From the IMG/VR virus record IMGVR_UViG_3300045988_131275, positions 64,001 through 128,000 of that record: a stretch of 64,000 bases of DNA; one strand, 5' to 3'. Of this stretch, positions 1 through 10,544 are shown piece by piece. The position numbers and the translations under genes are program-made. The DNA comes from a virus. Every line of letters starts with the position of its first letter. Position 1 is the stretch's first letter. Under the pieces are notes generated by a model. The model did not search any database. It saw nothing but the letters and a program-made list of their open reading frames with translations, and was not told the origin of the DNA.

Positions 1-21
1 AATCTAATCATCTCCTTTTTA

Positions 22-1101
22 TTACTGATTTGTTCCTACATATATTTTGTTCTCCATAAGTTTCAACAAAGTTTCTTTACCTCTATCTGTTGGAGAATCT
101 TTATAACCTAACAAATTTGTACTATCCCATAACACAGATACAGAAACAAACGGACTTAATTTATCTATGATTTTATCTTTTATATGTTGTGACCAGTTTT
201 TACATTCGTCTGAATCAAGAGTTTGATATTGTTTATCCAATGCAATAATAACTTCTCTAACTCCCAACATAAGAATCATTCCTTTTTGATAATCAGTTAA
301 ATTACTTCCACATAAAGCAACTGTAAAATTATCTTCACCAAACATAGTATCAGTTTGAAATACTGATTTTTCAGCTTCTACAAGCATTATCTTTCTCTTT
401 TTTTGAATTGCATTTATATTATGATTTAAACCAAATAAATTTAATCCAAGAGAATGATTATAAAATTTATTGCCAATTTTAAACGGTGCATATTTACCAA
501 ATAATTCAATATCATCAGGAAGTAATGCTCTCGATCTTACACCAACTAAATTATTGTTCATATCGTAATGAGGTATGATAATTTTTTGTTGCCATGTTGA
601 ATAAAGAATGTTGTACTTTTTCATCGTTTCTACAGAAATTCCTTCTTCTATCCATGATTGACAATAAAAGTGCTGAAATATATTAAGAATATTTTTATCG
701 TAAGGAACTAATATTTTGTCTTTTGGTTTTACCTTTTTATTTTTCTTATATTTTTTGATAAACTCCCAATCAGAAATTTGTTCCTGTTTACCAAATCCAT
801 ACACATGATTGTCAAGATTTAATTTTATAGAAATCCAATTGATAGCTTTTTGAAATTCTTCTTGTTCATATCCTTTATATCCCATGACTACGCCAATAAT
901 ATCTAATTGACCACATTCTGTATAACAATGAAATGACATAGAATCTTTATAAAAATATAATTTAGGTTTAGTTCCGTGATGACATATCGTATCTGTTATC
1001 CACATATCATCGTCTTCGTAATAAAAAGTAGCTCCCATCAATTCAAGAAGTTTCTTAATATCATCTTCTGTAAGTTTACTTTTTAATTCCTGGGCGGTCA
1101 T
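22..1101 (-). CDS. Phage DNA primase (zinc-finger plus TOPRIM type)
   Basis: N-terminal C/H-rich segment (DTICHHGTKPKLYFYKDSMSFHCYTECG) and a TOPRIM-like region (MLVEAEKS...GVREVIIALDKQY); adjacent to DnaB-like helicase. Confidence 0.8.
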   Translation of the reverse strand: MTAQELKSKLTEDDIKKLLELMGATFYYEDDDMWITDTICHHGTKPKLYFYKDSMSFHCYTECGQLDIIGVVMGYKGYEQEEFQKAINWISIKLNLDNHVYGFGKQEQISDWEFIKKYKKNKKVKPKDKILVPYDKNILNIFQHFYCQSWIEEGISVETMKKYNILYSTWQQKIIIPHYDMNNNLVGVRSRALLPDDIELFGKYAPFKIGNKFYNHSLGLNLFGLNHNINAIQKKRKIMLVEAEKSVFQTDTMFGEDNFTVALCGSNLTDYQKGMILMLGVREVIIALDKQYQTLDSDECKNWSQHIKDKIIDKLSPFVSVSVLWDSTNLLGYKDSPTDRGKETLLKLMENKIYVGTNQ

Positions 1102-1113
1102 ATAAGTACCTCC

Positions 1114-2733
1114 CTACTTAGATAATTGCATTGCTAAATCTGATCCAGATACATCAATATCAGTTTCAATAATACCAACATCTCCAACATCATCTAATCT
1201 AAAATCAATCAACGTTTTCTCAATATCAGTAATTAATTCATAGTTGTAATCCGTCACAAAACAATCTACTTCTCTCATAGTTCCCATATTGAGTTTTGTC
1301 CAAATTATAATAGTTTTCCATTTTCCACCACGATTTTTAAATATGTAGTAAGACATATTGGGGATTAATGATCCGAATGAACCATCTGACTCAAGAATTG
1401 GTTTTAATCTTTTTAAATCTTTGTGTGTTACAGGAAGTGCAAGTATACCACCATCAGCTTTTTCGATAATAGCTTTTGATCCTTTTAATGCACCTGCATC
1501 TTTATTATTATCTTCTTTATAATTATCATTTAACTGTGTAGCTGAACCAAGATATACATTAAATTTATTACAAACTGATTTTAAAGCTGCACTGAATAAG
1601 AAAAGAATCTGGTCTGTTCTAAGTCTTGTGTGTGTCTTATTGTAATAATATTCGTAAAGTGATGGTGAATCATTGATGTAATCAAAGAAACAAGCTACTA
1701 TTCCATAGTTTAAAACATATTTCTCAATAGTTTCAGAAATCAAATCAATTGTAAAATCTGGCATATACTCTATATAATAATTATAATTCTCTATGTATTT
1801 TGCAGATTCATCAAGAATTGATTCTTCTTCTGGCGTAATATCACTCCATTCTTCAATTCTATCCTGATCAACTCCACTAACATGAGCTAAAATGATATCT
1901 TGAATTTCCTCTTTTTCAAGCTCTGTTGAAATAAATAACACTGGTTGGCTTTCACCTGTTGGAATCCATTCTCTTTTATTCCAATCATAAATTCTATCTG
2001 ATACCATGTTACATCCATCTGCTAATGAAGATCTTGATTTTCCACCACCAGATACAGAACTTCTTAAAATGTATTTTTTAGGTCGCATCCCTCGATATAC
2101 TGTAGTTAAATATCCAGATTGAAACGGATAACCATATACATTTTGCTGATTCTTATGTTCATTTAATCTTTCTACAATACCTTCACCTGCTCTAAATGAA
2201 TAGTTATCACCAAAAACATTCTTCCATTTAGATTTAAAATCCATAAATTTATTATTTATTTCATTTAAAACTTCTATGCTAGTCAACTGATTGAAATGTT
2301 CAAGTTTTTCATCATCATTTTCATCATATATAAACGATACATCCATTCTAAGAGATTCTGTAGCATTTCTAATGATTGAATATTTTCTTACATCATCATA
2401 ATATTTACCTACATTTGAAAGTTTGTCAGAAGACATATCAATCGCAGATTCAATATACCCCCAACCATCGTTATTTTTCCATAAAGACAAAGCGGTATCA
2501 AATTGTGATATTTCATTTTCAATATCTATGGGTGTAATTTTTTCAGCCGTTCTTTTCTTAGCAATATTAATAATTGCACCCCATATCATTTTATGAAAAT
2601 TCTCAGGGTAATCATTTGTATTAGTTGCATATTTTTCATCCAATGCTAATCTTGGATTCAAACAATAACAACCAAATAATAAAAATATAGCTTTCTTATC
2701 TACCTGTTGATTAAAATTAATTTGAATCACCAC
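1114..2733 (-). CDS. Replicative DNA helicase, DnaB-like
   Basis: Walker A variant SSVSGGGKS, 'FISTELEKEEIQDIILAHVSG', Walker B-like VACFFDYIND; next to primase. Confidence 0.8.
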   Translation of the reverse strand: MVIQINFNQQVDKKAIFLLFGCYCLNPRLALDEKYATNTNDYPENFHKMIWGAIINIAKKRTAEKITPIDIENEISQFDTALSLWKNNDGWGYIESAIDMSSDKLSNVGKYYDDVRKYSIIRNATESLRMDVSFIYDENDDEKLEHFNQLTSIEVLNEINNKFMDFKSKWKNVFGDNYSFRAGEGIVERLNEHKNQQNVYGYPFQSGYLTTVYRGMRPKKYILRSSVSGGGKSRSSLADGCNMVSDRIYDWNKREWIPTGESQPVLFISTELEKEEIQDIILAHVSGVDQDRIEEWSDITPEEESILDESAKYIENYNYYIEYMPDFTIDLISETIEKYVLNYGIVACFFDYINDSPSLYEYYYNKTHTRLRTDQILFLFSAALKSVCNKFNVYLGSATQLNDNYKEDNNKDAGALKGSKAIIEKADGGILALPVTHKDLKRLKPILESDGSFGSLIPNMSYYIFKNRGGKWKTIIIWTKLNMGTMREVDCFVTDYNYELITDIEKTLIDFRLDDVGDVGIIETDIDVSGSDLAMQLSK

Positions 2734-3220
2734 CCTCTATCAAATCACCTAAATTAATCAATGATGTAGATGATTTTATTTTATTCATATTTAAAGATTT
2801 TCTATTTACAATTTTTGTTTTAATATCTACTTTGGATATTTTGTCAGCTTGTTCTTTTTGTTTTTCTTGTTGAAGATAAAAATTACAAGCTTCATCGTAA
2901 TAATGATCTATAATATAAATTCCATACTTTTCATTAAATGATTTTCCTAAAATTTCTTTACAATACCACAACGTATATGTCATAGCAGCGTATGGATAGT
3001 TATATTCTTTTCTAAATTTTTTAACTTGATTCAATATTAATCCATTTGCTTTTTCCAAATGAAATATAGTGAATATGTAATCCATAAGTTGTTTATATTC
3101 TCTTGCATCTTTTTCTACTTTATGAAAACATTCTTCGCAATAATAACGATTATCATATTTATGCTTTTCTTCTGGTTGTAATGCTTTACCACAACATTTA
3201 CATTTAACACCTCTTGCCAT
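2717..3220 (-). CDS. Zn-ribbon small protein, unknown function, in replication cluster
   Basis: CKCCGKAL...CEEC motif; overlaps helicase start. Confidence 0.6.
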   Translation of the reverse strand: MARGVKCKCCGKALQPEEKHKYDNRYYCEECFHKVEKDAREYKQLMDYIFTIFHLEKANGLILNQVKKFRKEYNYPYAAMTYTLWYCKEILGKSFNEKYGIYIIDHYYDEACNFYLQQEKQKEQADKISKVDIKTKIVNRKSLNMNKIKSSTSLINLGDLIEGGDSN

Positions 3221-3275
3221 AATACACTCACCTTTTAAATTTAATTATTGGGAGGGAATTGCCCCTCCCTTAGAT

Positions 3276-4277
3276 TTATTTAATGTTGTATTTTGTAACA
3301 AGTTCTTCAAGTTCCATTACAATTACCTTTGTAAGATCAATCTGTGTATCTCTTAGACTATCAAACATTTTTACATTTCCATCATCATCAAGACCTAAGT
3401 TTTTCTGTAAGACTGCGGTAGCTTCATTTAGATATCCATGCTGTGCAAGTAATGCTCCTAACTCTAATCCTTTATTCTTAATTACATTAAAGTCTTCTAC
3501 ATGAGTAGTCTTATCAATTGTTTTCTCTTTGGTTGTGAAATCTCCACCTAAATCTTCTACTGCTTTTACCCATACATCTTTCAAATCTTTAATGTTGATT
3601 TCGTTTGGAAGATTGAATGTATCTTTTAAATCTGGATATTTGTCACTTTTCTTAAATGTTACATAACGCTCTCCATCTTTTTGATACATATATCCAACAA
3701 GGAAAGCACCTTCTCTACAATATGAAAATGTGTTTTTGTTAAGTTTAAGAGAATCACTCTCTTTCTTTGTGTCAAAATCTTTTACGTGAGAAGACTGTGC
3801 AATACAATGAACTGTATATCCTAAACTTTGAATCAATCCAATGTTTCTTAATGCACTTTTAAATCTTAATGAACCTTCACCAAAACCACCAACATCTTTT
3901 AAGATTTCAGCATCTCTATTCTCAAGGACATATCTCTCACAAAATTCTTCATATTTGTCAAGCGTATCAATTACAATACAAGAGAATTTATTTTTTAATG
4001 CTGGATTTCTTAACTGTCCAATGATTGATTTAAAGTCTGACATACTATTTACTTTTACTGCGGTAATTCCAGGAATGTTCTGGAATCTATCTTCAAATTC
4101 TAAAAAGAATGGATCTTTATCTGGAACTAATTCTTTCAAAAACTTCATTGTACTCATTGTTTTACCAACACCAGTGTCACCCATGATAATCATTGAATAC
4201 TGAGTAAGGTCAACAGATACTTTGTTTGGTTGTAAGTCTAATAAATTTGGAATCATTCTAATTTTCTCCTTATACAT
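3276..4277 (-). CDS. RecA-like P-loop ATPase (Sak4-like phage recombination/replication NTPase)
   Basis: MIIMGDTGVGKTMSTMKF Walker A, FSCIVIDTLDKYE Walker B-like; location next to SSB-like protein. Confidence 0.7.
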   Translation of the reverse strand: MYKEKIRMIPNLLDLQPNKVSVDLTQYSMIIMGDTGVGKTMSTMKFLKELVPDKDPFFLEFEDRFQNIPGITAVKVNSMSDFKSIIGQLRNPALKNKFSCIVIDTLDKYEEFCERYVLENRDAEILKDVGGFGEGSLRFKSALRNIGLIQSLGYTVHCIAQSSHVKDFDTKKESDSLKLNKNTFSYCREGAFLVGYMYQKDGERYVTFKKSDKYPDLKDTFNLPNEINIKDLKDVWVKAVEDLGGDFTTKEKTIDKTTHVEDFNVIKNKGLELGALLAQHGYLNEATAVLQKNLGLDDDGNVKMFDSLRDTQIDLTKVIVMELEELVTKYNIK

Positions 4278-4348
4278 GTAATTTATTTGTGTTCCTACTC
4301 AATCCTATATGAACTGAGTAGGAAATTTACTATTTTGATTAATTATGT

Positions 4349-5302
4349 TTATCTCTGTAAAAATGGATTGTATGTAGTTGCAGGCGCAGGAGCTGGATTT
4401 TTCTCAAATCCTTCTGCTGTTTCTGTATGTACTGATTCTCCACTTTCAATCTCTTTGAGTTTTGCTTTTCTCTTTGATTTCAGAGTATCTACAATATCTT
4501 CTGTCAGATCATGTTCATAAATTGTTGATACCGCAATACCAGATTTAATTTCGTTTCTTTTGATATTTCTCTTTACTTTTTTAACAATGTCTGTTCCAAA
4601 TGCAGCCTTCTCAACTTCTTCTGTAATTTCAACAGTGTTAATTACAATACCTGTGAATTTAGTAAAGCATCCATCATAATACCCTGCACTACGGAAATCT
4701 GTAGCCATTGATTTATCAACAGTCATTCTAATTGGAATCAGGTGATCAGCTTCATATTTAGCATCTTTTCCAAATCCATCAACCATTTGACCAATAGCAT
4801 TCATTGTAACTACAAGATTTCCAGTAGGAACATCTTTAACAATCTCATCTGTAATTTTTTCTACAATTCCTTCTACTTCAAATTTAGCTTCCAGAACAGT
4901 GCTTTCATAATCTTTCGGCTCAATCTTATTAATAAATTTGGCATTAATTTTATTTGAAGATACTAATTTTCCATTAATCTTAAAGTCATTGTCAGTGAAT
5001 GTACCATCTGTAATAGATACAATATCTGGTGATTCTCCTTCTGAACAATGTTCAATATCTTTTAGATTATTTTTGGCATCCATATACTGTTTGTAGAAGT
5101 AACTTTCTTCTGTTGTAAACTCTTTATTTTCATTTTTCTTATATTTATTTGCATAAAAATTAATCTCATGTTCACTATTATCAGCAGTTCTTAATACAAT
5201 ACTTCCTCCGATTGCATCTACACCTTTTTTTGTTTTAAATTCTTCAATATTATTTTTTACAAGTTTTCCTGTTACTGTTACTAAATTCTTTAATTCCTTC
5301 AT
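4349..5302 (-). CDS. Probable single-stranded DNA-binding/OB-fold-like phage protein
   Basis: Context next to Sak4-like ATPase; OB-like beta-rich N-terminus (LVTVTGKLVKNNIEEF...). Confidence 0.45.
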   Translation of the reverse strand: MKELKNLVTVTGKLVKNNIEEFKTKKGVDAIGGSIVLRTADNSEHEINFYANKYKKNENKEFTTEESYFYKQYMDAKNNLKDIEHCSEGESPDIVSITDGTFTDNDFKINGKLVSSNKINAKFINKIEPKDYESTVLEAKFEVEGIVEKITDEIVKDVPTGNLVVTMNAIGQMVDGFGKDAKYEADHLIPIRMTVDKSMATDFRSAGYYDGCFTKFTGIVINTVEITEEVEKAAFGTDIVKKVKRNIKRNEIKSGIAVSTIYEHDLTEDIVDTLKSKRKAKLKEIESGESVHTETAEGFEKNPAPAPATTYNPFLQR

Positions 5303-5550
5303 GTGTTTTTCTCCTTAACAATTGTTTTTTTTAATTTTAATTTGTTTATGATAAACGCCCTCTCGGACGGAACATGGAATTAAATCTATAAGATAAATTC
5401 TATGTCAACAGTGATTTTTGAGTGCAAAATCTCAAGGGTATGCTGCTAACCACCCATATTTTATTTCTCTATTTAGTTTCAATTTATTTGGAAAATTCGA
5501 TTCGATTGAATCTATGAGATTTATTTCTCCGATGAAATTTGGATTTCCTG

Positions 5551-5844
5551 TTATCTATCTCTTTCAGATAATGTAATTGTATCAATGTTGACTCCAAGCA
5601 ATCTCTGTAATACCATTGGTGCTTCATCAATTAAAACTTTTTTACTTGTGAGTAATGATCCATTTTGAAATAATTCTTGCACTGTCATTGGTTCAGGAAT
5701 AGATATCCCAATTCTTTTCGCAATATCTTTAACGACACCTACTCCTGTATAATCTGCACATACAACTGGATATTGTGTAACATGACTTCTATGTACTAAA
5801 TACGTTGTCTTACCTTTTCCTCTTTCTAAATTACAAATTTCCAT
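5551..5844 (-). CDS. Small P-loop protein, unknown
   Basis: ERGKGKTTYLVHRS motif and VLIDEAP Walker B-like. Confidence 0.5.
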   Translation of the reverse strand: MEICNLERGKGKTTYLVHRSHVTQYPVVCADYTGVGVVKDIAKRIGISIPEPMTVQELFQNGSLLTSKKVLIDEAPMVLQRLLGVNIDTITLSERDR

Positions 5845-5883
5845 ATTTAATTTCCTCCATTTATATATTCTTTTTTATTATCT

Positions 5884-6198
5884 TTATTCACAATTTAATT
5901 CTTGTCTACCAAATATATCAAACCCAGTACATATTTCATTTAGTTCAGATGTATGTTTCTCAAGATAATCCATAATATCTTTGATAGCATACATATCACC
6001 AATTCCAATTACACTTGTTAATTTCTCTTTTGGAATATAAATTTCATATTCGTTGCTGTCGAATTTAATAGGAATTATACCTACATACTCTTTACAAATT
6101 AGATTGACTACAATTTCTGATGCTGAAATATGAACTTCTACATCGTGCAACTTATCGTTTTTTAGGATTTTTGTAATATCTTCTACTACGTTAATCAT
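5884..6198 (-). CDS. Hypothetical protein
   Basis: ORF in collinear minus-strand array. Confidence 0.6.
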   Translation of the reverse strand: MINVVEDITKILKNDKLHDVEVHISASEIVVNLICKEYVGIIPIKFDSNEYEIYIPKEKLTSVIGIGDMYAIKDIMDYLEKHTSELNEICTGFDIFGRQELNCE

Positions 6199-6468
6199 TT
6201 ATTCTCCCTCGCATGATAATTTATATTCTGGTAATTCTCTGCATACAATACCTATATTACCACTATTATGTTTCATCTTTTTACAAGTAAACGTTGCATC
6301 TAAAATTTCATTGTTCCATAGTAGATCATCAATTTCTTTTATGTTCTTTTCAATGTCTGATTTGTACATACACACATCAGATTTCATACATTGGTTGCAT
6401 GGACTACAAGGTATAATCGCATCAACTAAGTGTCGATTATCTCCATTAAAAAGTGACTGTTTAATCAT
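6199..6468 (-). CDS. Cys-rich hypothetical protein
   Basis: ORF with multiple Cys (CSPCNQCMKSDVC). Confidence 0.6.
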   Translation of the reverse strand: MIKQSLFNGDNRHLVDAIIPCSPCNQCMKSDVCMYKSDIEKNIKEIDDLLWNNEILDATFTCKKMKHNSGNIGIVCRELPEYKLSCEGE

Positions 6469-6473
6469 AACTC

Positions 6474-6827
6474 TTATTCTCCTAACATTTTCTTTATATC
6501 CAGTACATCAACTTTCTGATAATGATATTCACATGGCGATTCAATATAACTTTTATTCAGTTTATCGTTTACATCATTTACGCAAAATACTGTACATCTA
6601 CTACCATGTCCACTACTATTGAAGTGAATTTCCGCTTTATTACATGTTTCTTCACCAGGTTCAAAATGATCTTTTCGACACTCAAAACACTTCACTGATG
6701 CTTTATATTTCTCATTCATCTCATCAACAAAATATTTTGCGGATTCTTCATCATATGTAATTCCATCTATTACTTCTCCGTATGAATGAGTGATTAGATA
6801 AGCAAATTCTTTTTCATTTTTAATCAT
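6474..6827 (-). CDS. Hypothetical protein
   Basis: ORF in array. Confidence 0.55.
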   Translation of the reverse strand: MIKNEKEFAYLITHSYGEVIDGITYDEESAKYFVDEMNEKYKASVKCFECRKDHFEPGEETCNKAEIHFNSSGHGSRCTVFCVNDVNDKLNKSYIESPCEYHYQKVDVLDIKKMLGE

Positions 6828-7004
6828 ATACTTCTCCCATAATCACCTTTGCTAACTTATCCCAATCCGAAGCATATTCTTCTTTTGATAGCTCATTTAA
6901 TACTTCTCCCATTAGTAAATGTGATATACCAGATTCTCTCGCAGCTTCAATTGCTGTTTTACCGTTAGTAATTAATTCTACAAATTTTGCGATTTTAATA
7001 TCTT

Positions 7005-7412
7005 TTATAATTTATCACCATCCTTTACAAATTCAAATTCTCCATTTGTATATGAATGTAACCTCCACCCTTTTACAGTTTCAAATCTATGAACATAATT
7101 TGGATGTCCATGTTTCTTTAGTATCTTTTTATTAATTCTCTTCTTTTTATGCCATCTACATGGAACAATTTTAGAGATTTTCATATCATATTTATCAGGA
7201 ATCTTAAATTTATCAATATCAAAAGCTTTATATATCTTTTGATAATCAGTAGATTCAGATACATCAATGCAAAATGAACCATTATATTTATCTAATCGTG
7301 ATGTATATTTTGTATTATATTCATACCTTAAATCACCATCTTGAATATTATTAATTTGCATAATCGGTTTATCACCATTCATTAAATACATTTCATTAAT
7401 TTCTTTATTCAA
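7005..7412 (-). CDS. Hypothetical protein
   Basis: ORF in array, preceded by AGGAG SD. Confidence 0.6.
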   Translation of the reverse strand: MNKEINEMYLMNGDKPIMQINNIQDGDLRYEYNTKYTSRLDKYNGSFCIDVSESTDYQKIYKAFDIDKFKIPDKYDMKISKIVPCRWHKKKRINKKILKKHGHPNYVHRFETVKGWRLHSYTNGEFEFVKDGDKL

Positions 7413-7432
7413 TTTTATTTCTCCTATGAAAT

Positions 7433-7945
7433 TCAGAATTTATCATCTTCTACTTCCCCAAATAGTTTCTTTACTTTATCCATATTATAATCAAACATAT
7501 TTTGTTTTACGCAAATGGTACATAAGTAAACAGGAGAATTAACTTCATCAATATGAGAACACATACAACAAGTATTGTTAATCGGCATTCTTGATTCAGG
7601 CGTTGGATATTTCTTTGACAATTTATCAAATTCTTCCAACTCTTTATTTCTCTCTTCGATCTTTTGTTTAATAATTCTTTCTCTTTGCTCATTGGTATAT
7701 TTATCCAACTGTTGTAGCTGATATTTTTTAGCTTCTTCTTTAGTAAAGAAAATGCTTTTACCTAATTCAGATACCTTATATGTTTCTTGAACACACAAGC
7801 ACCATTCCTGTTGTTTACCATATTGAACTCTACGGATCTTATATCTTACAATTCCTTGTACTGGAAAGATTAGATATACTGATTTACCAACAAGTTCTTC
7901 TATATCGGTAATTCCATTTTTAAGCAAATAATCATTACTATACAT
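7433..7945 (-). CDS. Hypothetical protein with C-terminal Zn-finger-like CxxC pairs
   Basis: CCMCSHID...CTIC. Confidence 0.6.
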   Translation of the reverse strand: MYSNDYLLKNGITDIEELVGKSVYLIFPVQGIVRYKIRRVQYGKQQEWCLCVQETYKVSELGKSIFFTKEEAKKYQLQQLDKYTNEQRERIIKQKIEERNKELEEFDKLSKKYPTPESRMPINNTCCMCSHIDEVNSPVYLCTICVKQNMFDYNMDKVKKLFGEVEDDKF

Positions 7946-8335
7946 CTTATTTCTCCTTATGATATTCCTTGTCTAACCAATGAATACAATTTTCAATCGC
8001 AGCATCTTTATTACTGAACGTATATCCACTAGGACTACACCAAACTTCTGATTCATTAATCATAGTTCTATGAACAAAATATGGTGCAATTTCTTCAAGT
8101 GACATTGCTCTTAATCTATCTATATTTCTCATAATTTACCTCACATATTAGTTTCTATACCATGCCATTTCTTATGTTTATTCCAATTTCGAAATTCGAG
8201 ATTGCCAAAATGGATTCTTACTTCTATATTTGCCATACTTATTTCCCATTTCCTATTTATTTTGAATGTGTAGGCAAGGAATTGAACCTTGCCATTCTAT
8301 ATTTCTCCATATAGAATCACACCATATCTACACTA

Positions 8336-9277
8336 TTATTTCTCTGTTGCATCCACTACAGTTGTGCCTGCACCTTGTACAGTAACCCAACCATTCTTAT
8401 AATGCGCTTCGGCTTCTTTCATTCTGATAAGCTCATCAGTAATGGAAGAACTCAATTCTTTATTCGCCTTTGCTTGTGCTTCCGCTGCAATTCTAGTCTT
8501 TTCAGCATTGGCTTCCGCTTTAATTTTTGTTTTCTCTGCATCAGCTTGCGCTTTTGTAATCTCAATATTTGCATCTGCTTCGGCTTGTAACTGCTCAGTC
8601 TGTTTCTGTACTTTTACTTTTTCCTGTTCAGCTTGAGCCTGTTGCTTTTCCTGTAATGCAGTAACACGATTATCAATTGCTTTTTTTAATTTCTTATCTG
8701 GGTGAACATCAATAATAGACGCATCAAGAACTTCGATGCCGTATTTTTGAGAAAAGTCTTTATTTAGATATTCTGTAATAGCTTCATTGAGTTGCGCACG
8801 ATTACCAGAATAAATATCCATCATAGAATAATCTGTTGTAACCTCAGAAATTTTAGATTTAAGAACGGTTTTTACACGATTCTCTACAATATCTTCTCCG
8901 TCCATACCTTTAAATTTCTTATATGTATCAATTACTTGATCCTCAATATATCGGTATGTCATCTGGAAACTAATTGCAATACTTGCATCGTCAGAAGTCG
9001 CAACTTTAAATGAATCATCATCTTTACTACCTTCTCGACTATCTTTTGACAATACAAGAATTTCGTTACTTGTTGAAAATTCCTTAACTTTGTTCATTGG
9101 TGGAATAAAATGTGCGCCTGGTTTAAGAAGTTCATCTTTTACGCCATCCTTGTAGTTGTACGTAATCCCGACTTTACCAGTTGGAATTAAATCTACATGT
9201 GTTACTGTAAATCCTCCACCAATAATTGCTACCGCTGCTACTAAACCTACTACTAAATTCTTCATATTATTTATCAC
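8336..9277 (-). CDS. SPFH/Band-7 (prohibitin-like) membrane protein
   Basis: N-terminal TM, PTGKVGITYNYKDG...LKPGAHFIPP, coiled Ala/Glu-rich C-terminal half typical of SPFH proteins. Confidence 0.85.
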   Translation of the reverse strand: MINNMKNLVVGLVAAVAIIGGGFTVTHVDLIPTGKVGITYNYKDGVKDELLKPGAHFIPPMNKVKEFSTSNEILVLSKDSREGSKDDDSFKVATSDDASIAISFQMTYRYIEDQVIDTYKKFKGMDGEDIVENRVKTVLKSKISEVTTDYSMMDIYSGNRAQLNEAITEYLNKDFSQKYGIEVLDASIIDVHPDKKLKKAIDNRVTALQEKQQAQAEQEKVKVQKQTEQLQAEADANIEITKAQADAEKTKIKAEANAEKTRIAAEAQAKANKELSSSITDELIRMKEAEAHYKNGWVTVQGAGTTVVDATEK

Positions 9278-9456
9278 CTTTCTTCTTTCTTCATTTGATT
9301 TTTAATCTCTTTATAAACTTCTTTTTCAATATCAAAACTTTCATCTTGACGATTGATGTGCATTTCAATCTTATGAATTACTAACCAACCAATTGAAAAT
9401 ATGATAAGTGCGCCAATTGCAAATCCAATAGCACTTAACAAAAATATAACCCACAT
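9274..9456 (-). CDS. Small membrane protein overlapping the SPFH gene
   Basis: 4-nt overlap with SPFH gene, one or more hydrophobic helices. Confidence 0.55.
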   Translation of the reverse strand: MWVIFLLSAIGFAIGALIIFSIGWLVIHKIEMHINRQDESFDIEKEVYKEIKNQMKKEER

Positions 9457-9486
9457 ATATTTATCACCACCTTTCTAACATGTACA

Positions 9487-9816
9487 TCACTTATTCATTG
9501 TCAAAATCTTCTCAAAAATATTATGAGTTGCTACAAATTTCGATGCTAATACATCTGGTAATTTTGTTGATTCCATTCTCTTTAATGTATTCTTCATTCT
9601 ATACGCAAGTTCTTTCATGTTATCTAACAAGCGTTCCATTTCAGTAATATCTTTTGTTGCCAATGCACCAAGAAAAGCATCTTGTAATAGCATCACATCT
9701 TCATTTAATACATTAAATTCATCATCTTTAAGTAACTCACAATTATCTAATTTTTTAGCAAGAATCTCAAAATCTTTATTTATACCCATGATATTCTCCC
9801 GTTTTTTAATTTTCAT
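9487..9816 (-). CDS. Hypothetical protein
   Basis: ORF in array. Confidence 0.55.
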   Translation of the reverse strand: MKIKKRENIMGINKDFEILAKKLDNCELLKDDEFNVLNEDVMLLQDAFLGALATKDITEMERLLDNMKELAYRMKNTLKRMESTKLPDVLASKFVATHNIFEKILTMNK

Positions 9817-10019
9817 GAAACAAAGTTTAACTATTGTTTTTAATTGCTTCTAAAATTTTTTCTGATATTATTTTTGATTTTTTCATAAATATACTCCATC
9901 CTTCATAACTTCCGATACAACTATTACAATGCCAATCATTATCTTGTTCAAAATCAAATCTGCAATTTCCACAATATACATAATTTAATTCGTCATAAAT
10001 TATTTGTGCAATTTTATTT

Positions 10020-10544
10020 TTAAGCATAATCTTCCTCTTCAAACTCAATTTCGCCTGATTCATAATCTTTAGAAACTACAACATAGTATTCTTTGTCACC
10101 ATCAAACCGATAAATATGTACTAAAGTATTGCCTGAACCAGTGAAGTAATAATACTCATCTTTATTTTCTCTAAAATATTCAATTCCTTGCTGAATCCAG
10201 TTATTAATTTCTCCATCTGAAATTTCGATAGCTTTAAAATCTTTACTTGCTACAGTAAAATGAGTTGGATATTTTACATTTGACGCACAAATATCAATAG
10301 CATCATCGTCAAATTCTTCAATATTCATCTCATAATTACAGCATGGACATGTTACATGTAACAGTCCTAAGTATCCTATATGAGTATCTTGCCTTGATAC
10401 TTCAAGAACTGATCCGCAATTTTCACATTCCAAATTTACTTTTTCTATTCTTGGGTTAGGTCTAATTGCTTGTGGTAACTGATGTGGATTTCTTGATTGA
10501 TTTTTATAATTATTTTGAATTACTTTCATTCTCTGTTCCTCCAT
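10020..10544 (-). CDS. Zn-ribbon hypothetical protein
   Basis: CENCGSVLE...CPCCNYEM. Confidence 0.6.
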   Translation of the reverse strand: MEEQRMKVIQNNYKNQSRNPHQLPQAIRPNPRIEKVNLECENCGSVLEVSRQDTHIGYLGLLHVTCPCCNYEMNIEEFDDDAIDICASNVKYPTHFTVASKDFKAIEISDGEINNWIQQGIEYFRENKDEYYYFTGSGNTLVHIYRFDGDKEYYVVVSKDYESGEIEFEEEDYA

